64,000 nucleotides of DNA from Candidatus Heimdallarchaeota archaeon (GTDB lineage: Archaea; Asgardarchaeota; Heimdallarchaeia; Heimdallarchaeales; Heimdallarchaeaceae), in contig DAOVET010000001.1 in NCBI GenBank assembly GCA_030668825.1, positions 9,699-73,698 of the forward strand, in the 5' to 3' direction. Position numbers and translations under genes: made by a program. This document shows positions 29,146 to 37,930 of this stretch, one piece after another (positions within the stretch are counted from its first letter, which is position 1; every line of letters starts with the position of its first letter). A model generated the notes under the pieces. The model was not told the origin of the DNA, ran no database searches, and worked only from the letters and a program-made list of their open reading frames with translations.

Positions 29146-31491
29146 ATGACAATTAGTGAAGTATCCTTATCCCTTGAACAACTAGCTCAGTATCTTGCAG
29201 AGAAACAAAATCTCGATAAAGAATTCAAAGGTGTCAACTATAGTCATGCAATATCCATAATAAATAACATAGTTATTTTTCAAGATTCTGAATCGCTTTT
29301 TGTAAGAATGAGAACCTATTCTTCTAATCTTCTTCAATCGCTTGTAAGGAACAAGCACTTGGTTCATGCTCCTTTCAAAGAGAACAAGCTCTCATATGTT
29401 GGTAGAGACAATCTATCGGCCTTTCATAAAATTTCTATAAAAGAAAATATTGAGTACAAGAAACCGCAAGCCAAAGCTGTTCTTGACTATATTAGAGGAG
29501 AGGATTCTTCTACTCGCTTTAAGATAATGGAACACTTTGATTTAACAAAGGATGCAGTGATGGAAATCCTTTCTGAGCTTAGAAATAATTTTCAAATCTT
29601 CATGTTTTACGATGGAACAAGCTGGTCTATTTTCAGTACAAAATTATTGATGGAGGATCATTCAAAAAGCAAAACATCTGCGATTTCAGATTTAATTTAT
29701 AATGTTATCAAAAGCTATGGACCAATAACAGTTCCTCAGATTATACGAATTCTTAACATGACTGGAGGGAGGATAAGCACAAGTATAATTGAACTATTTG
29801 AAAATAAAAAAATTGTAAGAGGAAACTTCATAGAAAACTCAAGCTATGAAGCTTTTCTAACTACTAATGAATTGGATTATTTGAGAAAATATCTAGAAGC
29901 ATACACTCCTCAAGTAACTCATCAGATTGTGATACTTCCAAACAACGATCCTCTTTCAGAATATTGGGCCTCTGCTGATTTCTTGAACATAGATGAAATA
30001 AAAAGTGAAATTGTATTTATTGATGGTAAACCCGTCTGTTCCTTTGACTATAAAATTATGGGAGATAAATTACATGTTTCTAATTTTATACGGTCAGTGG
30101 ACTATATTGTTTTGGAAAAGGAAATCAGAGATAAGATTCAGGAGTTTACTGAAAATAAAGGAAAAATTCTTGTCTTTCCAGAATTACACTCAGAAGTTAT
30201 CGAAAATCAATCAAAAGTTTTTGCCAATATTCTTTCTCAGCGAGGGTATAGATCTCGATCCTCTGGATTAGTTTATTCAATAACAGGAAAGAAAGCACTA
30301 GTTGGTGATAAAAATCTATTTCCAACAGAAGATATTTTTCCTCTTCTGCTGAGTAAGCAATATCTTAGTAGCAAAACTCAATTCACAACTAAAACTGAAA
30401 TTTTAAAGGGATTGGGATCACTGGGGATTCCTCTCCCTATGACTTCTGTTCTAATTAGAACAAGTTCTGGAAAAGAATATTATATAGATGAACTGGTAAA
30501 AGATAAGCAACTTGCTCTTGGTAAATTTGGGTCATTTACTCGCGGTTCAGTTGTATCAAAAGATTACTCTGTCTTTGCAAAACTTAGTCCTTCTAGATAT
30601 CACGGAGTATTAGAAGAAAGAATTCTCAATCTAATCAAAAAGAAAGAAAGAATTAATTTTTCTCAGTTAAAATCCTCACTAAATCTGTCCAATCGAGTCC
30701 TTCTATCATCTATTCAGAAATTAGAAAATTCTCATGAAATAGTTCAATTAAGGTCTGTTTCTAATCAGATTATCTGGATGCCAGTGTCTAAATTTCTCAG
30801 TGGTATTCAACCCAAAAAATATGAAACTCAAAGAGAATCGTGGTTAGATGTTATTTATAGAATTTTATCATCAAATTTACCATTGACAATTGATCAATTA
30901 GCTAATCTAACAGGTTTATCTAATACTCAGATTGAAGTTAATATCAAGGAATTAATAGCTTCGAAAGGTGTTAGATCTGGAAGATTTATGGAAGATGAGG
31001 AAAATGTCCAATTCACAACAAAAGAGGTTGAAAGCTTAATATCTGGATATATCTACCAGAAGGACGATAATTTGATCCAAGAAGACAGTGTAGAGTTAAT
31101 TTACCTTCCTCGAAATGACCCTATGTTAATAGTTTATAGAAATTATCTTCTGAAACGATTTAAACTTCGTTCTCTATACTCTCGTTCTGTTCCTTCTGAT
31201 TATGGTGAAATAATCCTCAAAAATGGGGAACCCATTGCTCTGCTACATTTCAAAAAGGTAGAAAAAATAGATTTTATTAACAACATTGAGATTTTACCCG
31301 AATTCAATGATACCCATACATTAATGTTCATTTTCAGTGCAATTCAGGAATTCTTCAATAAAACAAAAGAAGAAGGGAAAAGAATAATCCGAATCAAACA
31401 AATCAACAGTATCCCGCTTTCTTCCAACGAGGGAGAAGACTATGCCAAGCTGTTGGACGATATGCAAATAGATTACCAAATTCTGTCTTAA
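29146..31491 (+). CDS. tandem AlkZ/YcaQ-like (HTH_42 winged-helix) protein, two repeats
   Basis: TAA-ATG junction with lhr. Repeat 1 has an N-terminus like the family start (LSLEQLAQYLAEKQNL...IVIFQDSESLFVRMRT) and VILPNNDPLSEYW...FIDGKPVCSFDYKIMGDKLHV. Repeat 2 has LIYLPRNDPMLIVYRNYL...ILKNGEPIALLHFKKV. Confidence 0.6.
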   Translation: MTISEVSLSLEQLAQYLAEKQNLDKEFKGVNYSHAISIINNIVIFQDSESLFVRMRTYSSNLLQSLVRNKHLVHAPFKENKLSYVGRDNLSAFHKISIKENIEYKKPQAKAVLDYIRGEDSSTRFKIMEHFDLTKDAVMEILSELRNNFQIFMFYDGTSWSIFSTKLLMEDHSKSKTSAISDLIYNVIKSYGPITVPQIIRILNMTGGRISTSIIELFENKKIVRGNFIENSSYEAFLTTNELDYLRKYLEAYTPQVTHQIVILPNNDPLSEYWASADFLNIDEIKSEIVFIDGKPVCSFDYKIMGDKLHVSNFIRSVDYIVLEKEIRDKIQEFTENKGKILVFPELHSEVIENQSKVFANILSQRGYRSRSSGLVYSITGKKALVGDKNLFPTEDIFPLLLSKQYLSSKTQFTTKTEILKGLGSLGIPLPMTSVLIRTSSGKEYYIDELVKDKQLALGKFGSFTRGSVVSKDYSVFAKLSPSRYHGVLEERILNLIKKKERINFSQLKSSLNLSNRVLLSSIQKLENSHEIVQLRSVSNQIIWMPVSKFLSGIQPKKYETQRESWLDVIYRILSSNLPLTIDQLANLTGLSNTQIEVNIKELIASKGVRSGRFMEDEENVQFTTKEVESLISGYIYQKDDNLIQEDSVELIYLPRNDPMLIVYRNYLLKRFKLRSLYSRSVPSDYGEIILKNGEPIALLHFKKVEKIDFINNIEILPEFNDTHTLMFIFSAIQEFFNKTKEEGKRIIRIKQINSIPLSSNEGEDYAKLLDDMQIDYQILS

Positions 31492-31531
31492 ACGGGGATA
31501 ACTTTTTATTTCAAAATCCTATCTAAGCATA

Positions 31532-32395
31532 ATGATACGTAGAGCAGTTTATGCAGGTTCATTTTATAAAAGCAATCCAGATACCCTGGTTAAATCAGTT
31601 GAAGCCTGTTTTATGGATTCCTTGGGACCAGGAAAACTTCCTAAAGGAATTGCAGAATCAGAAGAAACCTCACCTTTCTTTCTTGTTCCACATGCTGGTC
31701 ATATGTATAGTGGTCCAGTTGCAGCTTCAAGCTTTCTGGAGATGTGTAAATATAAGAAACCTGATACAATTGTAATCTTAGGACCTAATCATACAGGTAT
31801 GGGTTCTGACATTGCTGTTCCAGATAAAGCAGAAGGATGGGAAACTCCACTAGGAACAATGAAAATAAATCAGGAATTTGTAGATAAATTAATTGACATT
31901 TGCAGTTTAGTCAAAAAAAATGATTCATCTCATGATGGAGAACATTCTATTGAGGTTCAATTACCTTTTATTCAATATCTATATGATGACCCACCAGCTC
32001 TTGTTCCAATTGCAATGTTGAACCAAGGTTATGACTCGAGTATGCTACTTGGGGAAACTATTGGAAAGATAATTAATGATGAAAATATAATCGTAATAGC
32101 TAGTAGTGATTTTACTCATTTTGAAAGCCATGATTCAGCTAAGGAGAAAGACGCGCGTGTGCTTAAAGCAATTGAAAACATGGACCCTAAAACCATGTAT
32201 AAAATAAAGTATCAAGATGGTGTTTCAATGTGTGGAATTGGCCCAATAGCAGCTACTATTGAAGCAGCTAAACAAACTGGTAGGGAAAAGTGCAAACTAC
32301 TTAATTATGCTACATCTGGAGACGTTTCTGGAGATAGGAGTCAAGTAGTGGGATATGGGTCAGCTGTTTTCTATAAAAATGAGTTAATTATCTAG
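31532..32395 (+). CDS. MEMO1-family protein (AmmeMemoRadiSam system protein B)
   Basis: RRAVYAGSFY, VPHAGHMYSGPVAA, ILGPNH, FTHFE and a C-terminal GYGSAVF pattern. Confidence 0.85.
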   Translation: MIRRAVYAGSFYKSNPDTLVKSVEACFMDSLGPGKLPKGIAESEETSPFFLVPHAGHMYSGPVAASSFLEMCKYKKPDTIVILGPNHTGMGSDIAVPDKAEGWETPLGTMKINQEFVDKLIDICSLVKKNDSSHDGEHSIEVQLPFIQYLYDDPPALVPIAMLNQGYDSSMLLGETIGKIINDENIIVIASSDFTHFESHDSAKEKDARVLKAIENMDPKTMYKIKYQDGVSMCGIGPIAATIEAAKQTGREKCKLLNYATSGDVSGDRSQVVGYGSAVFYKNELII

Positions 32396-32396
32396 A

Positions 32397-33784
32397 TGTC
32401 TCCATGATTAGATTTTTCCGCTTTACCGTTAAATCTTTTCCTTAGATTGTCATTGCTCAAAGCTCCATCTAAGTGGATAAATCACATATCCTCCTACCCC
32501 GCCCACACTTCTATGTGGAAGTGCTTGCGGATTGCCTTTCATTAGGATATTATATGCTCCATTCACATCAGCGTTAATGAGTATACCGTGGGCAGACCTG
32601 AATAAACCTCGCTTAACTCGTCTTCCCTTATACTTTGTTCTTTTTCTTGAATATTCATTATCAAGAAAACTGCATTTGGAAGTGTAGTTCTCTTCAATCA
32701 TCTCAACACTAATTCCTTTTTCCTCTGCTTTATACTTGAGACTATGTATGATTTTGTCAAAAGGGATGATAACAAATATCTGAGTCGTTTTATTACGTAA
32801 TCGTATCTGTTGTTTCCATCGGGGATTATACCCGATAAACACTCGTTGTATATTATTTTCTACCCAGTATTTAACGAACTGTTTACTCATCTGATGAATC
32901 CAGTTTCTCACTTTTCTACGCTTAGTTTCACATAACTGGTAAAACCGTGGTCCATAACTTAGCTGATTATAATTTTGTAATGCTGAATGTTGCTGAAATG
33001 CATACTTTTGCTGTATTTTTTTGACTTCTTTCAGATAGAACTGGATGATGGATTTGATACCTTTACCCTCATCCTTGACAACAATTGGTCTGCTGCCAAT
33101 GTTGTCTACATAAGTGATGAGGTTGGTTAATCCTAGATCTATCGCTCCTAAATTATTTCCATTCACCTCAGTATCGGGAATAAGCTTACTATAGACAATC
33201 TCCACCGTATATCCTCTCCCTCGAGGAATAATTCTGACTTCTTTGAGTTTGACAGTTTCTGAAAGTCGAGTTTTCGTAGAAAATGCTATTTTCTTCGGGA
33301 GAACTAGCTTTCTACCTATTATTCTAGCTTGCTGATTCGTGAAAATTGCTACTTGTTGGCCCTTCTTGGCTTTGTACTTGGGAGTACGAGGTTTTCCGAT
33401 AAACATTTTTGGATTATTTTTGTATTCTATCCTTGCTTGCTGAAAACTCTTCCAATTTCTGGTAAGTATTTTGAGGGTGTGTTGAGCTGTTTGAGCTGGA
33501 AGGTTTTTGTAGCATTTTTCCGTCTTCAGCTTACGATCTAGTTGCTGATACGACAAATATTGCTTCGTTTGACAATAATTTTGTTTGAACAGAAACATTG
33601 CCCGATTGTAGAGGTTCTTTGTTTGATGACACAGTTGCTGAAGAGCAGGTGTTGGATTTGTTTCTATCACTTCTGTTCTCCATACATCTTGCGCCATTTT
33701 CTTCATTACTTTATTTTGTTTTGCTTATTTAAATCCCAAAATTTCTTTTTTTGTTTAATGGTACAATAGCATCATTGTCTCCAT
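32397..33784 (-). mobile_element. TnpB-only IS200/IS605-family (IS1341-like) element; boundaries tentative
   Basis: The element sits exactly between the stop of the MEMO gene (32395) and the Rab-like gene start region. The 9-nt direct repeat TGTCTCCAT occurs at 32397-32405 and 33776-33784. Confidence 0.45.
32450..33706 (-). CDS. tnpB: TnpB (IS200/IS605 OrfB) RNA-guided nuclease, apparently intact
   Basis: RuvC-I GAIDLGLTNL, RuvC-II EENYTSK, RuvC-III INADVNGAYNI. 418 aa. No tnpA nearby. Confidence 0.9.
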   Translation of the reverse strand: MKKMAQDVWRTEVIETNPTPALQQLCHQTKNLYNRAMFLFKQNYCQTKQYLSYQQLDRKLKTEKCYKNLPAQTAQHTLKILTRNWKSFQQARIEYKNNPKMFIGKPRTPKYKAKKGQQVAIFTNQQARIIGRKLVLPKKIAFSTKTRLSETVKLKEVRIIPRGRGYTVEIVYSKLIPDTEVNGNNLGAIDLGLTNLITYVDNIGSRPIVVKDEGKGIKSIIQFYLKEVKKIQQKYAFQQHSALQNYNQLSYGPRFYQLCETKRRKVRNWIHQMSKQFVKYWVENNIQRVFIGYNPRWKQQIRLRNKTTQIFVIIPFDKIIHSLKYKAEEKGISVEMIEENYTSKCSFLDNEYSRKRTKYKGRRVKRGLFRSAHGILINADVNGAYNILMKGNPQALPHRSVGGVGGYVIYPLRWSFEQ

Positions 33785-33830
33785 AGAAACAATTATCAGC
33801 AACAACAGAATCTTGGGAGTAGTGAGCTAA

Positions 33831-34358
33831 GTGTCAAAGAAAACATATCTTACTAACAAAATAGTTCTTATTGGTGACGCAAGAGTGGGAAAAACCTCAC
33901 TTGTTCGAAGATTCGTATCAAATATGTTTGATCCATCTTACAAGATTACTTTAGGTACAACAATAATGAAAAAAGTAGTTGATTACCTTTCTTACAATGT
34001 GACACTAGCGATCTGGGACGTAGGCGGCCAGGAGGTTTTTCGTCAAATAAGAAGCAAATATTTCTTTGGAAGTAAAGGTGCTTTAGCTATTTGTGATGCT
34101 TCCAACCTTGATTCTTTCAAGAATCTTTCTTCCTGGATTGCTTCTTTCAGTAACGAAGTTGGCGATAAACCTATCATTTTTTTAGCCAATAAATGTGATC
34201 TTAAGAATCAAGTTGTTTCTGAAGACCACTTAAAACAACTTGTTCAAGATACTCCTAAATCTGAATTCATGTTTACTTCTGCTAAAGATGGTACTAACAC
34301 TGAAAAAGCCTTTATCGACCTCACTCGTCTCATGGTTGCTGAAGAAGATATTATTTAA
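33831..34358 (+). CDS. Rab/Ras-like small GTPase
   Basis: GTG start. G1 GDARVGKTS, G3 WDVGGQE, G4 NKCDL, G5 SAK. No C-terminal Cys. Confidence 0.85.
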   Translation: MSKKTYLTNKIVLIGDARVGKTSLVRRFVSNMFDPSYKITLGTTIMKKVVDYLSYNVTLAIWDVGGQEVFRQIRSKYFFGSKGALAICDASNLDSFKNLSSWIASFSNEVGDKPIIFLANKCDLKNQVVSEDHLKQLVQDTPKSEFMFTSAKDGTNTEKAFIDLTRLMVAEEDII

Positions 34359-34359
34359 T

Positions 34360-35358
34360 TTATTCATGTTTTACTTTGTTATGCTTTTTTAGATATTCTT
34401 CTAATTTTTCTATTTTCTCTAGAAATCCTCTCTTCTTTTCCTCTTCTCTTTCCTCTCCCCTTAGATAAACATTCGGAAAACTTTCTTTTGTTTCTTTTAT
34501 TATTTTCTCGTATGGTAAATCTACTTCTTCTTCAATATACATTCTTATTTTTCCTGTTAGTGTGTCTAATATTGGTTCCACTTTGTTATAATCCAATACC
34601 CACTGCAAGTATTTTGCTCTTCTTAAATCTGCTATTATTTCCCTACAGATATTTCTCAGTTTCTTCTTATTTGCTTGTTGTTTTTTCTTTTTCCTATATA
34701 TCTCATCTAACATTACTGCTCTTATTATTCTTTCATTTACTATGTGTTCACATTCCCCATATTCTCTTTCACTTAGCGTATCTCCTAAATCATAACAAAA
34801 AGTTAAATCATCCAACATTGAGATAAAGATTATCAATTTCCTTGCAATTACACTTGTTTCATCCTTTACATCCACTCTTTGTTTTAGATTTTCATAAAAT
34901 TGAACCAGTGTCCTCAGAATATCTCTTACAGTTTCTTCTTGTTGTTTTTTTTCAAACCTTCTTCCTTCTTTATTAAAATGCTTCAAATATATGCCTACCA
35001 CAATACTAAACAGTATTTCTATTTCTGGATACTTTTGTATAAAATTCCCAGATTGTATTTTCATTTTTACACTGTTAGTTAATTTCTCAATTCTCTTATT
35101 ATAATCGTCTTTCTTCTCTAATCCATATAATTCCAGTAATTCATTCTGAGCATCATTAGAAAGAATTTTTTCTGCTGTTTTAAAAAATTGGAATTCTTGT
35201 TCAATAATTGTAATGAGTTCTAAAAAATCCCAATTAAAATATCCTGTAGAAAAATAATCAATTTTTGTATATTGATGAGATACATTGTACTTTTCATCAT
35301 TAATCATGATAAAATCCAGAAATTCTTGAATTATCTGTGATTCTTGGACTTTGTTCAT
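34360..35358 (-). CDS. hypothetical helical protein
   Basis: Long ORF with helical/charged composition. Ends 1 nt from the convergent Rab-like gene. Contains D-I-L-R-T and, ~40 aa later, Y-D-L-G (see findings). Confidence 0.45.
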   Translation of the reverse strand: MNKVQESQIIQEFLDFIMINDEKYNVSHQYTKIDYFSTGYFNWDFLELITIIEQEFQFFKTAEKILSNDAQNELLELYGLEKKDDYNKRIEKLTNSVKMKIQSGNFIQKYPEIEILFSIVVGIYLKHFNKEGRRFEKKQQEETVRDILRTLVQFYENLKQRVDVKDETSVIARKLIIFISMLDDLTFCYDLGDTLSEREYGECEHIVNERIIRAVMLDEIYRKKKKQQANKKKLRNICREIIADLRRAKYLQWVLDYNKVEPILDTLTGKIRMYIEEEVDLPYEKIIKETKESFPNVYLRGEEREEEKKRGFLEKIEKLEEYLKKHNKVKHE

Positions 35359-35452
35359 TTTCCTCTTTCCTTGTAATAATATTCATATTCTATAGATTTA
35401 AGCTTTCTGTGGCAAAAAAAGAGTGGAGGAGTGAAAATGACTCACCATTTCT

Positions 35453-35875
35453 TCAATTTAGGAAGTGCCAATTTGTAGTAATCCATTTGAAGAAATCTCG
35501 TATCTTTGCTTTTTCTGGGAACGAGAAAACTAGATTTAGTGCTTCTATTTTGATTTCATTGATTAACTTTGATAACCAATTCCCACCATCACCTAATGAG
35601 TATACACCTCTAGTGCTTTCCCATCCTGGAATAATTCTACCTGAAGTTTTCTGTTGTCCAAATCTTATGTTTATTTCTACATCATTTATACGTATATTCC
35701 CATTCCAATCAATATCAATACGAGAAATACGATTGTTTGCTTGAATTGTACCAAAACTTATCCCATCTGGATAGAGCGAAATTTCTCTTCTTAAATATTG
35801 CATTGCATCATCACAGTTTCTCTGATAATCTGCTAATATAAGAGCGAAAAGCTTCATCATTTCATCACAATTCAT
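35453..35875 (-). CDS. hypothetical protein
   Basis: ORF track. Preferred over the antisense 35337-35744 ORF, which is Phe/Ser/Ile-rich and low-complexity. Confidence 0.4.
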   Translation of the reverse strand: MNCDEMMKLFALILADYQRNCDDAMQYLRREISLYPDGISFGTIQANNRISRIDIDWNGNIRINDVEINIRFGQQKTSGRIIPGWESTRGVYSLGDGGNWLSKLINEIKIEALNLVFSFPEKAKIRDFFKWITTNWHFLN

Positions 35876-35930
35876 TCTTTTTAAACAAATAAGTTATAAA
35901 AAATTATTATCTTAATATAAAGAGGATTTG

Positions 35931-36527
35931 TTAGTCTTTTTGAAAACGATTGTAAATAGGCTTCAAAAGAGGAACAAATAAGAGAAGAGAAAGCATCATA
36001 AAAGAAGTTGAATCTGGATTTGGACGCAGTTCAAACAAAACCAACCATGCCGAACTATGGTCTTCATCTGTCGCTAGTGGTATGTTTTCTGTAAAAGTTA
36101 ATAGGCAACGAACATTACAAGTCCCCCAATTTGAATTATAATTAATAGTTAGGTCTTGTGTAATATAGCTACCAACAGTTGTGAATTCCTCGCTATAGGT
36201 TTTTGTTTCAATGTTACCAATTGTATAAATATCTATAGTTAAACCTATGTTTTTTATTCCTTGTACATTGCTTCCAAGCGCTCCAAGTTCTATAATGATT
36301 TTACCTTCCGCTTTCTGATTATGATTCAGAGAAACATCATCAAAAGAAGGCTTAATTAAAATCTCTGTCCCACGAGTGGTTGTTACAGTATGTACTTCAA
36401 AGGTAAGCGCAGAAGGATATGAAACAGCTGAGAAAATAAATAGTAAGCCAATGAACAGAATTTTAATCTTTTTATTCAAATGTAATTCACCGCAAATACA
36501 AAGGAAGTAAATATATTTAAAGTGCAC
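35931..36527 (-). CDS. secreted protein with C-terminal TM anchor
   Basis: N-terminal signal-like helix (KIKILFIGLLFIFSAVSYPSA) and C-terminal FMMLSLLLFVPLL followed by a basic tail. Confidence 0.5.
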   Translation of the reverse strand: MHFKYIYFLCICGELHLNKKIKILFIGLLFIFSAVSYPSALTFEVHTVTTTRGTEILIKPSFDDVSLNHNQKAEGKIIIELGALGSNVQGIKNIGLTIDIYTIGNIETKTYSEEFTTVGSYITQDLTINYNSNWGTCNVRCLLTFTENIPLATDEDHSSAWLVLFELRPNPDSTSFMMLSLLLFVPLLKPIYNRFQKD

Positions 36528-36544
36528 TATAAGTTACTTTACAT

Positions 36545-36778
36545 ATGCGAATGAGTAACGAAGGTAAAATCATTTTCAATCACATGGGAATAGAATATAG
36601 AGAATGCATAATAGAACAATGTATGTGGAACGTCAATTGGGAAGAACTACGATTGGCAGAAGAGACAGCGGGAAGACCTCTACCAAAAAAATTCGAGGGA
36701 AGGGTGTGTAATTGTGTTCCAGAGAATCCTATAGGTATTTTAGAAGCTTCTAAAGTACGATGCAATCCAGAAGGTTAA
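36545..36778 (+). CDS. small Cys-containing hypothetical protein
   Basis: ORF track only. An antisense ORF overlaps it. Confidence 0.3.
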   Translation: MRMSNEGKIIFNHMGIEYRECIIEQCMWNVNWEELRLAEETAGRPLPKKFEGRVCNCVPENPIGILEASKVRCNPEG

Positions 36779-36816
36779 AAAGGTTAATTATCAACTGTAG
36801 AATTCATTTTCTATCT

Positions 36817-37053
36817 TTATATAAAATCTTCTAATCCTAATTGTTTCTTCGGTCTCATAAAATCCTTCAGTTCCTTATCCTTTTGGTCAATGAACCATTG
36901 TTTGATGAGCTTGGTTTCAGGATCAACAACAGACTTAGGTATCCAGATAGGATTATCAACAAAACCATCAATAAGAGCTAGAAAGGCTTTCTCTGTCTCA
37001 ATATCTACTTTACCTAACTTAAAGTCTGAATACTTACTCCGATTCTCGTCCAT
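36817..37053 (-). CDS. small hypothetical protein
   Basis: ORF track only. Confidence 0.35.
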   Translation of the reverse strand: MDENRSKYSDFKLGKVDIETEKAFLALIDGFVDNPIWIPKSVVDPETKLIKQWFIDQKDKELKDFMRPKKQLGLEDFI

Positions 37054-37207
37054 ATTAAAAAGAAAGAGGAGATTTCAGTTTATAATGATAGAGCAAAGAT
37101 GTATATTAAGTTGGATATTTTTTCTCCTTTTTGCATTTACTTGAATAATCTAAACAAATAACTTTATTGTATTCAATTTCCAATATCTTAGATATTATGG
37201 GAAATTT

Positions 37208-37861
37208 CTATCTCTTGTTTGAATTTTTCTTTCGGATTGCGAAAATCACAGTACATATCAACAAAATGGATAATAGTGGTAATGCAAAAGAAACATTTGT
37301 TTGTTCAGTAGGATAATAGTCAAATTCAATGTAAGTGACATTCATATTACCTGAATTCATCTTTATTAAAGCAGGTAGTTCTAGAGTAGTTATGTTATTT
37401 ACAAAATAACCTGTATTTATTGGTCTCCAGAGAGTATAATTTCCATCCTCGGGTTGAGATAAACCCGATTGATTAATATAAAATTTCACGTAACTATGTT
37501 CAACAGTGATTCCTGGAGCATAAGAATAGTGCATTATTGTTGCATGAGCTATCATCAATGGATCAATTACCAGTGTTTGGTTACTAAGGGTTGCATTTAT
37601 GAAGACTTTAGGATAAAAATCTGATAACTCAACTACTGTTTGATTTTCCTCAGCTCTATTCAGAATTTCTACAGTAACACCGATACCAAATAGAGTAGAA
37701 TTTGGTTTATTATATAGATTAGTAATTACAGCAATTTCACTAACTTCTGATACTCTTGAAGCAATAACAGGAAGATTACCAGAAACTGATAAATTGATTG
37801 AAGAAACACATATGTATGCAATTAATATTAAAGTAAGATATTTTCCTAGTGGTTTAATCAT
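37208..37861 (-). CDS. secreted protein with C-terminal TM anchor and basic tail
   Basis: Signal-like N-terminus, several N-x-S/T sequons, and C-terminal FALPLLSILLICTVIFAIRKKNSNKR. Confidence 0.5.
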   Translation of the reverse strand: MIKPLGKYLTLILIAYICVSSINLSVSGNLPVIASRVSEVSEIAVITNLYNKPNSTLFGIGVTVEILNRAEENQTVVELSDFYPKVFINATLSNQTLVIDPLMIAHATIMHYSYAPGITVEHSYVKFYINQSGLSQPEDGNYTLWRPINTGYFVNNITTLELPALIKMNSGNMNVTYIEFDYYPTEQTNVSFALPLLSILLICTVIFAIRKKNSNKR

Positions 37862-37930
37862 ACTTTTTCCTCCATTTAATCTTTTTAGCAGACGTACCTA
37901 ATTAAAGTTAAGTACGAGGTTTAATAATTC

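Noticed and set aside
22026-33784. Possibility that the two same-orientation TnpB copies form a composite transposon carrying lhr, the AlkZ-like gene and the MEMO gene
   Set aside because: IS200/IS605-type elements transpose as single-strand circles defined by their own hairpin ends and are not known to mobilise long intervening DNA. The copies are substantially diverged, and I found no shared terminal sequences around copy 1. I kept only the observation that the block is bracketed.
34047-34099. 53-nt near-identical stretch shared with 53046-53098, considered as an att core of an integrated element
   Set aside because: It encodes an invariant peptide (SKYFFGSKGALAICDA). Other identical-peptide stretches of the two copies are only modestly more diverged at the nucleotide level. 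No integrase is present in the interval. It is retained only as a caveat inside the island finding.
34488-35744. + strand ORFs 34488-34826, 34900-35082 and 35337-35744
   Set aside because: They are antisense to the 332-aa and 140-aa minus-strand ORFs and consist of Leu/Phe/Ser-rich low-complexity sequence.
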